Shown: one piece after another, positions 11,092 to 22,358 of the stretch | How the letters are laid out: every line of letters begins with the position of its first letter | Numbering within the stretch: the first letter of the stretch is position 1 | Assembly (NCBI GenBank): GCA_977862235.1 | Contig: OZ374562.1 | Coordinates: 2,852,001-2,888,170 of the forward strand | DNA length: 36,170 bases | Direction: 5' to 3' | Origin: Dudresnaya verticillata | Lineage: Eukaryota | Program-made: the position numbers and the translations under genes | Notes under the pieces: model-generated | What the model was told of the DNA's origin: nothing | The model's input: only the letters and a program-made list of their open reading frames with translations | Database searches by the model: none

Positions 11092-14000
11092 TTATGAGGA
11101 GGAGCGAACGGCTCCGAGCCGGTTGGTGTTTCGCCGCCGCTGCGATGCGAAATAGTGGCTCACCATCTCCTCGGGGAGATGGGAACGTGGCTCCCACGTC
11201 GGCTTGCGATAGTCGGTCCACTTCACCTTGAACACGAGCGTGCCATCGTCGGCTGTACCGTGGTCAAGGACCTTATCCACCACGAACCGCGGGCCGTCGA
11301 CGGCTTTGGACGCGAGTTCCTCAGTGGTGAGTAAGTAGGCGCTGCGCTGCGCAATATCCTCCCGCAGCGGCGGGGGACAGTAGACGGCGCGGTCCGCTGC
11401 GATGCGTTCGACCAAGCCGCCTCTGTCGATAAACAGCGTGCGCTTGTCGTTAATCAGCACGCGGTAGGGCCCTATCGCTGGGCTCTGGAGCTTCTTGGGT
11501 TTCTTAACCCCGTCGCTCGCGTCGATGAGGACTTAGTCTCCAGCTTGAATGCGGGAGTTGACTTTTCGGACACGCTTGTCGAAGTCTTTCTTTTAACGCC
11601 GCTGCGTTTTGTCGAGAGCGCTCGATGCGCTTGCGAAGGCGGCGTCGAGCCGCTTGAGGAAGTCCGCACGCACGTCCTCACTAGGTTTCGGTCGGGCCGC
11701 TGCCTTATGAAACTTAGTGAACTCCGGCGGCGGCCGGGACAGCACGAGGCTGAAGGGTGTCGTCCGCGTCGTGCGATGGACATGGCAGTTGTAGGAATAC
11801 GTCAACGCCGCTGCGTATCGATCCCAGTCGTCCTGGTGATCGTTGATGTAATTCCTCAACATGGCCATGACGGTCCGGTTGTAGCGCTCAACCTGACCGT
11901 TCACCTGCGGGTGGTAGGCGGACGTGAACACGTTGTTCAGTCCGAGGTAGCGGCACACTTCCTGAAAGAACTTTGAGGTGAATTGCTTCCCGTTGTCGGA
12001 CAACAGAGACCTCGGTGGTCCATAGTGGAAGATCCACCTCTCACAGAACGCCACTGCGACGTGGTACGCTGTGATGGTGCGCAGCGGCGCTACTTGAGTC
12101 AGCTTCTTGAATCGATCCGTCATGACGAGCAGGAATCGGTTTCCTGACTTCGTCTTGGGCAGCGGCCCTAGGATATCGATCGCGAGCGACTCGAGCGGCC
12201 TCGTGGCCGGGAACAACTTCAACCGATGAAGGGACCTCCGCAAGCGTATGCGGTTCCTGGCACAGTGCCGACAGTTCCGACCTGTCATGTCTATGTCCGC
12301 TGACATGTGTGGCCAGTAGTAGCTCTCGCGGAGCGTGTAGAACATCCTGTTCTGGCCAGGGTGGCCAGCCAGGAGGGAGTGGTGCGCGAGCGTGAGAAGC
12401 CGCGGCTGTAGCACTTCGGGCACCACTATTTGCTCCAACGAGGAGATGACGGGGTGACGCCGGCACAAGAGCCCTTCCTCGTCCTCGAAGAAGTGGCTAT
12501 CCCGTCGACGGGACTGCCGTGCCAACACTGTTTGGCAAAAAGATTCGCGCCGCTGCGCATCCACCAATTCCTCGACGGTTATTGGGGAAGGGAGCTTCAC
12601 CGGTTCGACCCGGGTGAGGTCCGTCGGCTCTTGGCTCGCGTCGATGCGGCCAAGGTCGAAAAGGTCGACGTCGTCGCAGTCGTCCCAGGCTTCGTCGTCG
12701 GCAAGCCCCGGTGGCTCGTCGCTGTCCGAGGGCTCCTTGGCTTCGCTGCCAGTGCCGCCCACTGCAGCCGGTCGATCCGGCGCCTTCCGCGTCGACGCGT
12801 TGGCTTGGGACCGCGTGGTCAGCAAGACCGACGGTGCCTTGGGTTCGGTACTCGAGGCACCCTCCTTCTGGCGGTCGACCGCCGGGGGGTCATAGGTAGG
12901 GACGTCGTCGTCAACCTCCTCTTGCTGCCGTCGAGGCCTCACCAGGCGGGACAGCGCGTCCGGCACCTGGTGGACCCTACCCGGGCGGTACTCGATCTGG
13001 AAGTCGAATTCCGCGAGTCGCAACCGCCAGCGGGTGAGGCGACCGGACGAATCGGTCAAAGACATGAGCCAGCGCAAGGCGTCATGGTCGGTTCGTACCG
13101 TGAACCGGGTCCCTTCGATATAGGGACGCAGGGTTGTGATCGACCACACCACTGCAAAGCACTCGCGCTCCGTGGCCGAGTAGTTTCGCTCCGCTGAGCT
13201 TAGTGAGTAAGACCAGTACCCAACGGGGTGTAACTGGCCGTCCTCTTGCTCCTGGAGCAGGGCGCATCCGAGCTGGTACGCCGATGCGTCCGTGTCGAGG
13301 ACGTACGGCTTGCCCTCGCGAGGGAGCCGTAGGATAGGAGGCGATAAGAGTGTCGCTCGCAGCGTCTCGAATGCCTCTAGCGCCGCTACGCTTGGATTAT
13401 CGAAATCCACATCCGCATCCTTGCGGGTCATATCCGTCAGCGGACGAGCGATCTTCGCGAAGTTCCTGACGAAGCGGCGGTAAACGTTACACGCCCCGAG
13501 GAACGACCTCACCTTCGTTAGGGAGGTCGGGAACTGCGCATGGCGGAACGCGTCGATGCTTGTCTTCGCCATGCGTAGTTTCCCTGGCTCGATCACGTGA
13601 CCGAGGTAGTCCACGCGGGACTGGAAGAAGTGGCACTTCTTCAGCTTCAGGGACACGCCGCCCTTGCGAAGCAGAGTCAGCACGCGGTCTAGGTGACCGA
13701 CGTGCTCCGCGATCGACCGCGAGAATATGATCACATCATCGAGATCGATCAAACAACACTGCCATCTAACTCCGCTGAGTATGATGTCCAGTGCACGCTG
13801 GAAAGTCGCGGGGGCGTTCTTCAGTCCAAAGGGCATCCGCAGGTAGCGGAACGTCCCTAGGAACGTCGTGAACGTGGTCTTATCCCTGACAGCCGCTGCG
13901 ACAGGGATTTGCCAGTACCCCGCGTTACAATCCAGCGTGGAGAAAATGGCAGCGTCGCCAAGACTGTCGATACAGTCATCCATGCGTGGGAGTGGGTACG

Positions 14001-15654
14001 CATCGCTCAGGGTTTTGGTGTTAAGACGTCGATAGTCCACACAAAACCTGAGCGCGCCATCCTTCTTGGGCTCCAGAACGACTGGCGATGCCCACTCCGA
14101 CGTGGCGGGTTCGATTACCCCTGCACGCAGCATGGTCTCGACCTCGTTCTGTACGAACTTCCGCATAGCGGGGCCCTTTCGATAGGGCATTGAGCTAATC
14201 GGTCGCGTGCCGGGTTCCACGTCGATGTGGTGTTGCGTAGCGGCAATCGGGCCGAGCCTCCCGTCCCACATGGACTGATGCTTCCGAAGCATGGTGAGGA
14301 CTTCTTCGCGGGTGACCTTGTCTTCGATAGACGAAAGGTCCACCTGCGACTCCCAGTCCTCGACGGACTCTCTTTTCTCCGCCGCTGGGGTCGCTGCTCC
14401 TCGGAGCTTTGTGGGCTCGGGGCCCCTTGCCATCGACGGCGTGACTGGGGGGTCGTTGCTCCCCCTACCCCTGGGCCGCTGCCCGTTGTGGGGAAGGGTG
14501 GTGATATTCATCACCCTCCCGAATTCTTCCGCGACGTCGCGGTCCGGGGTTATTAGGGCGACTGGGTTGCGGACCGCATAGCCAACCACGGTACTCTTCG
14601 GTAGGGTCCGGGCTTTGTCCCTCCAGTTGCCCAAGATAACCCCGAAGGGTCGCCCCGACTCGATGTCGTGCACCCCGTTGGTCAGTCTCACGCCGTGGCG
14701 GAACTGCAACGAGGGCTTGGGCTCCGTGTGGACTAACCCACTAGCCCCCGACGTCACCGAGACGAGCCTCTGCGAGTAGGCTGGGACAACCACCTGCCTA
14801 GCGAGGCGTATGGTGTGGGTATCATGATCCCAGTCGAGGAGCTCCCGCTGGTGCTTCTTCGACAAACCCTTCGATGGGTTCTTCGGCTGCGTTGCCGGAC
14901 CGGTTCCCTCGCTAGGGTTCCTGCGGCTGAGGATGGGCACCGAGCCTCCTTTCCTCAGCGTCAGCCTTCTCAACTCGACGTCGATTCAGCGCACGTGCGC
15001 GTTGATAAACTGCGTGCCTATCAGTACGTCGACCGCGAGCGTGTCGGCGACGATGAAAGGCACGCGGAACGTCGTGTTCCCTAACCTCATCGAGAGGTGG
15101 ACGACGCCGGACAGCCTCAGCGGAGTCTTATCGGCGCCTGCCAGGCGTGGCGCGGAGTCGATCTCTGACGCGTTTTCCTCCCAGCCTGCGGGCAGGGCAC
15201 CTCGAGCGATGAGGTTGTACCCGGAGCCGGTGTCCACCGCGATGGTGTGGGGTATTATAACCCGCGGGTCCGCACCGAGGGACCCGGACACTCGGTAAAT
15301 CTCGGAGGACAGGAGGGACACGTACCCATCGGGGGTAGTGGCCGGCTCTGCGTCGATGCATGGAGCCCCGGTACCCTCGCGTCGAGCGTCCGGTACCGCC
15401 TGTCCCGCCGTTGGGGAGCTGCGCCCTTTCCGCCTGGCCTGTCGCTTGCGTCGACGCCGCGGCGGCCAGGGTGGTTTGGTACGCGTTTGGTTTGGTTTGG
15501 TACGCGTCGTCCACGACGTCCCGTCGACCGGGACGTCGCTCGTGTCCTTTGAAGCGCCGCTGCGCTCGACGTGGGGGCTCGCTGCCCCCAACGCCGTCGA
15601 AGGTGGAAGGGATGGTGGGTCTGGTGTTGGACAAGACGGTGCGCGCGACCGCAC
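11092..15654 (-). pseudogene. pol: pol polyprotein (aspartic protease, RT, RNase H, integrase, GPY motif, chromodomain) with in-frame stops
   Basis: IAVDTGSG protease; WASPVV..KKDGALRFCVDYRRLN; RT YLDD box altered to DLDD; RNase H TDAS/ATERE/TDH; integrase HHCC and AIDILG/SDNGKQF/GQVER; GPY; chromodomain FVVDKVLDH..FKVKWTDY..TWEP. In-frame stops at 14986, 11593 and 11533. The 5' boundary is approximate. Confidence 0.95.
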
Positions 15655-15668
15655 GAGCGGCGTCGCCT

Positions 15669-18072
15669 TTATTCTTTTTCCGGATCGACCTGGTCAGAAT
15701 TATCCTCGGAATCCGAACTTTCGTGCTCGATTCCGATTGGGTGTTTCGTAACCCCTGAGGCGCCTCGCGTCGATCGCGGAGGCGTGTCAAAAAGGAGAGG
15801 GGAATCGTTTCCCTGCCCGCTGGCTGTCTCTCCCTTGTGCCACGCGTCGAGCGCTTGCGGAAGCCACTCGTCGGCGGTGAGGCGTGTGTGCTCCTGCACC
15901 GTCATAACTGCTCGAAGCAGTTCGCGGCGCGGGTCAGCCCTCGGAGGCGTCGATGCCTGAGGGTGACGGCCAGCGGGCTCGTCAAAGCCGACCCGCTTAT
16001 CGCGCAGCAGGAACCGTGGTGCGTCGCCTTGGCGGTACTCGCGGTGTGGGTCTCGACGATCCCCGCGGTACCTTGGTGCGCCCATGCGCTGCGGGGGACC
16101 TCTCGCGTCGAAGCGTCGGTCCCCACCCCGCGGCGCGTCGTAGCACCGTGCGGGGTTCCTTGTCCTTGCGCCCGCTGGCGCGCGCTCGTCGATGAGCTGT
16201 TGAAGCATATTGCGCGAATGCGGCTGCGTTTCCATTCGATGGTTGCAGTTCGCATACGCGCAGTACGTCTGCTGTTCCTTCGTGAGGTACGAGCACGAAT
16301 ACATGATGTGCCCGACCTCGCGGCAGAACCAGCAGATGTACCATCCCTGTCGATCAGGGATGACTGTGCGTGCCATCGCCTCCTGCGTTGGAGTGAGCGG
16401 TGGTATGCGCTTGGGTAGGACCGCGTCGATGCGTCCTGTAATGTCGAGGGTCTCGACGGCCTCGGTCGACCCGGCTGTCGATAGCGCGGGCGCGACCATC
16501 ACGGGTTCGAACCCGTCGGCGTCGGGGTCCACCAGCATTGTGCTGTCGATAGCAACGTCCCCGCTGGGATAGCTTGGTGGGCCCTCGATGAGCAGTGTAC
16601 GGCCGCTTGCCGAGCTGCCACCTGACCTGCCGTGCCCCGAGGTGTTCGTAGGCTGCGCTGCCTTTGCCGAACGGGCGCGGTAGGTTGTGCCCTCGCTATG
16701 GGCAATCCGACGAACGGTACTAAAATTGATCTGTTCGACCATAGGCAGCTTCCTGGCCTTCTCCGCCACTGCGGGTCTTGTCGTGGGCAGCAGGCCCCGA
16801 AGGAACTGATGCGTCAAGTTCTCATCGGAGTACACGCCAGCGCAGGCGTCCGCATACCCTTCGAGGCGAGTAGCGACTCAAGCTCGGACTCGGCGTCCCT
16901 CTGCTTGGCGGTGGTCAGCCGGTCATGGGCGTCTGCGATGACGTCGTCCGTGACGAACCTCTCGACGAGGGTATTGACCACCGAGGCCCAGCAGGGTGGG
17001 GTGCCGCGCTGCGTGGTGCGCACCCCAGAGAACAGGTGACTCGAGTACACCTGCGACGCGGTTCCATCGAGGAACCAGGACACCACACGCGCCGCTGCGC
17101 CTTCGGATAGTCCAACGCCATTGAATGCTTGGCGTAGCTGTCGAAGCACGCCAAGCAGGCAAATCGGCTCCTTGCCGTCGAACCGGTCGAGCCGGGGCAT
17201 CAGGGCCTTCATGCGGCTGACAATCTTCGCAGTATTGCCGCTGCATACCTGCTGTTGATTGTCCCGCTGATCTACGTCATCGAGACGGTACGAGCGGTAG
17301 TCGATCGCCTTAGCGAACTCTGGCACCAACGTGGTTAAAGGCTCGATGCCTGCCATAAGTGGGCCCCAATGCCAATAGGCAGAGACGGGGCCCTCGTGCT
17401 GTTGGGGGGTCGGTCCCCCCTTTGTGTTTTGCCCGTCGAGGGCTTGTTGGAGCAACCTGGGGTCGACCCCGTAGAACGGATTGGGGTCCCCACTCGGATG
17501 GTGCGACCCCGCCGCACTCCTCGGTGGAGATGGCGGTGGTGAAGGAAAGCGATGCCGAGCTCGTTGCTCGGCAAGTATGGCAGCGGCCAATTCTTGAACT
17601 GCACCCGCTGGTGACTGCGGTCGCGGAGGAGAGCGCTGCGCCGACGACGGGCCTGTAGCCCGCTGGCGTTGCCGCGTCGGCGCGAGCTCTATCAACTCAA
17701 TGCGGCGGCGTAGCTCATCGAGGAGCCCCTGTGACCGGGTTATTCCGTCCTCGATGGACGCCAAAGGACCGCGTCGAAGCGTGTCCAGGTCTGCTGGCCG
17801 TCGGCCTTCGCCTCAGCTATCGAAGCCGTAAGGTGGTCGTACACCTCGGCTAGCAAGTCCATGGTCTCCTCATACAGCAGCTGGAGGTCGGCCACCGAGA
17901 CCAGACTCCCGGCGAGGGCCTTTTGCAGCGCGGCCCTCCGCTCGAGCCTCACATCGTGTAGAGGAGTACCTGAGACGCCGATGGTACTCAGTATTGAGGT
18001 GCGACGCGTCGCGTCCTCAACTTTTCCGGCAGCGGCCGATGCGGCAGCGGCCGGGTCAGGAGGACTCGACAT
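15669..18072 (-). pseudogene. gag: gag, split by two frameshifts (about 17760 and 16830)
   Basis: Three overlapping ORFs (17740-18072, 16814-17764, 15669-16835) start just after the PBS. Capsid-like FDGKEPI..W.SVVNTLVERF..QRDAE..QFLRGL; CCHC knuckle CWFCREVGHIMYSC at about 16293-16334. Confidence 0.88.
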
Positions 18073-18120
18073 CCTTTACTTCGATCGCGTCGATGCGAGA
18101 AGTACTTGGGTCTCGACGAC

Positions 18121-18138
18121 TTCTAGGTCGGGAGACCA
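18121..18138 (-). other. Primer binding site, possibly tRNA-Tyr
   Basis: TGGTCTCCCGACCTAGAA lies 1 nt inside the 5' LTR and is complementary to a tRNA ending ...GGUCGGGAGACCA. This resembles the yeast tRNA-Tyr 3' end as recalled; tRNA identity is unverified. Confidence 0.8.
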
Positions 18139-18139
18139 G

Positions 18140-18912
18140 TGTAGTATAGACGTCGGGTCGATCCAACGTCTGATACTTGCTGGTCCGAAGCCGTCACACA
18201 GACCCGTCGATGAGTAGCTGTTGGGGTTGGTAGAGCGGTGTCGGCCGCGTGCGCCCCGCAGGTGCGGATCGACGGCGTCGATGCCGGAGCGCGCACGGGG
18301 CGTACCGTACGCGGGTAGGCAGCGGCCGGATCCCAGCGTTCCTGTCGAAGGACGGCACGAAGCCGACGGAAAGGAAAAGGAAAGGGGAAAGCCTAGCGAG
18401 GCAAGGGAAAAAGGGAAACCACCCGCTGGCGTAAGGCAAAGGGATCGAACCCGAAAAGGCTGGGCGCAAGCTTCAGCGCGAGTTGTTGCTTGCCCGGTTT
18501 ACTGAGCCGTCGATGGCCGACGGTCTTAAATACCCTACACTATGTGCACTACGACTACTTCTACAGTAGGTGCGCCCCACAACACCAACGCGGGAGGTGT
18601 GCGAGCGCGCGCCCATACACGTGTCGATACGTCCGGGTAACGGTTACCCGTGGGCGCGCGCGGGGCGTAACGGGCAGCGGCCCTCTCAACGGCTCGATGC
18701 CGGAGAGCGTCACAGGGGCGCGCCGTGTGCGGCGCGGCGCGCGGCCGCTGCCGGCAGCAATGCGGTCGACCGCTACTAATTCAACGAAAAAACTAAGGGC
18801 ACGCTGCCCAACCACGACTCACCAGCGGGCGTCATCGTGTGCACCATTACAGTGCGGCGCTGCCAGCATACCTTACAGCCGCTGCTGATAGTGTGCTGAC
18901 AGCTATACTACA
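18140..18912 (-). repeat. 5' LTR (773 bp)
   Basis: Direct repeat of 5773-6545; adjacent PBS. Confidence 0.97.
18488..18532 (-). promoter_or_regulatory. LTR core promoter: TATA-like TATTTAAG, initiator-like TCAGT (start about 18503), conserved downstream CCGGGCAAGC
   Basis: 29 nt from the TATA start to the A of TCAGT. Same site in the 3' LTR (6121-6165); diverged equivalents in solo LTRs A and B. Confidence 0.6.
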
Positions 18913-20307
18913 AGTTCTACCGCGAGCTAGGTACGCTACCGCTAACCTATCTCTACTGTCTACCTTTTCCCTTTTCCTCTACCTTTTCCCTTTTCCTTTG
19001 GGTCCCTGCACCCTATCCTTTCCAGGGTGGTCTCCCGCACCGCACCCGGACTGCGCGGGTGGCCTTGCGATCAGGCCTTGCTTGTCCCTCCATCGGAACC
19101 TGTTTTGGTGGATTGTGAGTGCTCCAATCACCCATTGGGATCCGGGAGGCGTAAGGCGTGTACCTGTAATGATGCCCCAGATCCGGATGCGATCTGGATC
19201 GGACATCGGGATCAGGTCGGGATCCACTATAATGTAAGGTGTGCGCTTGAAAGGCACACGAGCGCGCGCCAGCAATGCTGGCAGGGATCGGGATCCGAGC
19301 CCGAATCACCTCTACCGACGTGCGGACGCGCTTCTAAGCTATTCATTACGCGCGCGCACGTCTGTAAGCTACTCCTTACCCGCCGGTGCGCGACTGCATG
19401 GCGACGGTGACTTCTCAGACGCTCGGGGGCGCGACACGCGTCCCGAGTTCCCGCGCGCCACGCCGCGCCGTCGCAGTACGCGTCGTAGCGATAGCATATT
19501 AGGTAACCCGTCTAGGACGTTGAGTAAATCCCGGCAAGCCGGCCTCGGACCTGAAGCCCTTTCGCTCGTGCGTACTTCCCGTTACCAACGATGGCAACTG
19601 CGCAGCTCCGCCCGCGCTTCCGCGTCCACCTACGTCCTTGACGCGTCTCTCTCCCTTTCTCCCCCCTTTCTCCCTCTCTTTCTGTGGCCTTTTTCCAATT
19701 CTACCGCCCAGGGCGTTTACAGTCCGCCCTCGGCGAGTTACCTATGCTCTACCACACCCTCGCTACTAGGGCGCTATCCCGCGTTCGAACTACCCGGAGG
19801 TGCTACTCGTCGCTAGACGGTTTGCACCACACTAGTCGCTTACAGGAAACCCTATATGTAATCCGGGGTTAAGCATGGAGACGAAACGCTCAGACTAATG
19901 ACAAATCAACATTCCGTTAAGGACCGAGTCGCGCAATACGAACTACTGTGAGGGGGTATCGCTATAGGCCAGCATTGGCCGATTCGTTTCGACTCCATGC
20001 CTAATAACGGCCTTCCTGACCCCGTGAGGGCCGACTTCATGCTTAACGGCGAATACACACTGTGAGGCACGGAGCGCACACGGTGCCGTGCTGCTTTCGG
20101 CCAACCAACACAGCAGGCGCAGTGCGCGTGTCGAGCACGCAGTGCTGATATCGATTTGCGTGCGCACGCATGCTGCATCCATGCGGTCCAAAATACGAAA
20201 TACAATATCGAGAGCGGGAAAAGCGCGCTCGCTCGCAAATAAACCTGTAAGCCTACCGGAAAAAAAACTCTGTGGGGAGTGTGTCATTGGGTTGGGCGCA
20301 CACAATG

Positions 20308-20765
20308 CAACGGGGCCCGTGGCACCGTCCCGCATGTACCGTTAGACCGACAACCGTACGAAGCATTCAGCACATTCAGTTCCGTACTTGTAGACATGTA
20401 ATGCGCAACAAGTCCAGGGAAGGAAACAAATGTGGTGAATGCTAACTCTACCACCCGTAGGTGTGCAGTCAGCCAGGTGGCTATACAACGAGTCAGTAAG
20501 GCACCCATTGTCTGGGTATCGAAACACCAGCGACAACGGGGCGCGTGGCACCGGCCCGCATGCACTGTTGGACCGACAACCATACGAAGCATTCAGCACA
20601 TTCAGTTCCTTACTTGTAGACATGCAACATGCAACAGCTCTAGGGAAGGAAACAAGTGTGGTGAATGCTAACTATACCACCCGCAGGTTTGCAGGCAACC
20701 AGGTGTGGGCATACAACGAGTCAGTAAGGCATCCATTGTCTGGGTATCGAAACACCAGCGACAAC
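20308..20765 (+). repeat. 226-bp tandem duplication (2 copies)
   Basis: Units start at CAACGGGG 20308 and 20534, with CAAC microhomology at the junction. Only one unit is present in the terminal copy (about 33875-34103). Confidence 0.92.
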
Positions 20766-21208
20766 ACTGATGAAGGAAGTCCTTTAATAGCAAAGATCGC
20801 GTAGTGAGTGGGAGAATACGTGGACTAATGTCTCGTGCGGTGGAATGCTCCGTATAGCCCGTTTCAACCCTCCCGGCCTCACTTGAAAGTTTTCAATGCA
20901 GGCCGGATAGAAAGAATGCTCCACACAGCGCACTCGAACACACTCCAGCCCTCTCGGCCTAGATTGAAAGTTTGCAATGCAGGCCGGATGGAAAGCATGC
21001 TCCACACAGCCCAATGGGCTTTGCGGCCTAGGTTGCAAGCTTGCAATCGTGGCCGGAGGGTGTGAAGGGGCTGGCACAGGCCCCTTGCGAACTCTATTGA
21101 GCGGGAAATGTAAGTCGTGACGAAGAGATCGTGAAGTGAGGGGGATAATACGTACATTATGCCTCGGATTTTCCCATCCGGCCTCGATTGCAAGTTTGCA
21201 ACCTAGGC

Positions 21209-21271
21209 CGGATATGATCTGCTTCTTTAATTGGATCCGAATGGGATTCAAACAGAAGTAGATCATATCCG
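21209..21271. other. 63-nt inverted repeat/hairpin (second copy at 34553-34615)
   Basis: Outer arms CGGATATGATCTGCTTCT / AGAAGTAGATCATATCCG pair at 17/18. Inner arms TTGGATCC / GGATCCAA are perfect in the terminal copy. Confidence 0.85.
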
Positions 21272-22358
21272 AATTGGATCGCTGTGGATTAGGTTAGTGC
21301 GCACGGCTGCGCCCGACGGCGACGGGAATCGGATGGGGCAGTGAAGCAGGCCAGCTCCGGTGTGACTCTGTCGCGGAAGCTGCGGGGAGTTGTTGAACTG
21401 TGGGCTAGGCTCGGTGTCTCTGGAGAGAGGGGGAGGGGGAGGGGACGACCATCGACTGGAGTGTGGGGTTTAAGTCTGATGGCGTGAGTCTGGCGGCAGT
21501 TTCCAAACGTACCGAAACGCATTGATACGATAGGTGTGAAGAATCACCAGGCATTGGTCGCAAACTGCTATTCGGCACCGTAATTGAAACACTTGTCAGG
21601 AGAGCGAGGTTGCGCAAGATTCCCGCCAGACAGGGATCTCACATACAGGAGGGCAAGCTGGCCCTGTTTCTGTTTCCCGCCAAAATATCGACGGCAGTTG
21701 CGCACAAGTGTGACAGACAGTTGTGAGGCCCATGGCCTCCCCACGATCCAGACAATCACCCCTGACCCTAAGCCGCTCAACTATCGCTTCTTTTTCGACC
21801 CTCGACGTGCCTAACATTTCGATTTGCGACCGCTAACCTCTTTCCTTGACGTTCTGCCCTGCAACGAGCCTTCTTCTATTCCTTTCCGCGCGTCCGACGT
21901 GACCCGAGCAACGCAGAACTATTCCGGCAAGCGCACCGTTGGATCCACTGCATCGTCCAATTGCCCGAGTCGACTTGTAATTGTAATTTTCTGCGTAGGT
22001 ACTGGCAATTGTCGACCTTGTCTCCACGAGAGTTTGAAAACCGGGCACAATTGCAAGCTTACAACAGAGCCCTGGCCATTCCTTGGGGACGAACACAGTT
22101 GTTAGCTTGCAAAAGAGCCCGTTTTGAACTCTAAGGAGAAGCGGATATTCTTTGTGAACTTGTGAGGCAACCGGCTTCGATTGAAAATTTGTAACCGAGG
22201 CCGACGGCCCCAAGAAAGGAGGCTGTTGGACTTGAGCGGCAGAGTAGAACCGAATCCGAGGACCCGGCTTCGATTGCAAGCTTGCAATAGAGGCCGACCG
22301 GCAGAAGTACACGGAAACCGAGTACGAACATTGCATCCGCAATTCTTTGCCTTTCCAG

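Larger units (their letters stand above)
5773..18912 (-). mobile_element. Full-length Ty3/gypsy LTR retrotransposon (chromovirus), coding regions disabled
   Basis: Two 773-bp direct repeats with TGTAGTATAG...CTATACTACA ends; 5-bp TSD AGTTC (5768-5772 and 18913-18917); PBS; PPT; domain order gag-PR-RT-RH-IN-chromodomain on the minus strand. Confidence 0.98.
5537..19844 (+). mobile_element. Solo LTR B (~1.16 kb: 5537-5772 plus 18918-19844), interrupted by the gypsy element
   Basis: Ends TGTAAGTG ... CGCTTACA. The halves are joined by the AGTTC TSD of the inner element. Conserved motif GACGTTGAGTAAATCCCGGCAAGC at 19516-19539. Perfect 20-bp palindrome at 5546-5565. Flanks do not form a TSD. Confidence 0.65.
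19852..21409 (+). repeat. Telomere-associated direct repeat, internal copy
   Basis: Co-linear with 33420-34756 (CTATATGTAATCCGGGGTTAAGC ... TGGGCTAGG); high identity with a few indels. Confidence 0.95.

Noticed and set aside
15660..15690. Programmed -1 gag-pol frameshift at GGAAAAAG
   Set aside because: Plausible, but not a canonical slippery heptamer, and a further shift would be needed to reach the protease frame; cannot be resolved from one decayed copy.
11545..18217. Many + strand ORFs overlapping gag-pol
   Set aside because: Shadow ORFs of GC-rich coding sequence on the opposite strand.
20873..21211. CRISPR-like array of 34-bp palindromes
   Set aside because: Spacing is irregular (81, 69, 155 bp), the spacers are partly homologous, and copies also occur singly inside a gene.
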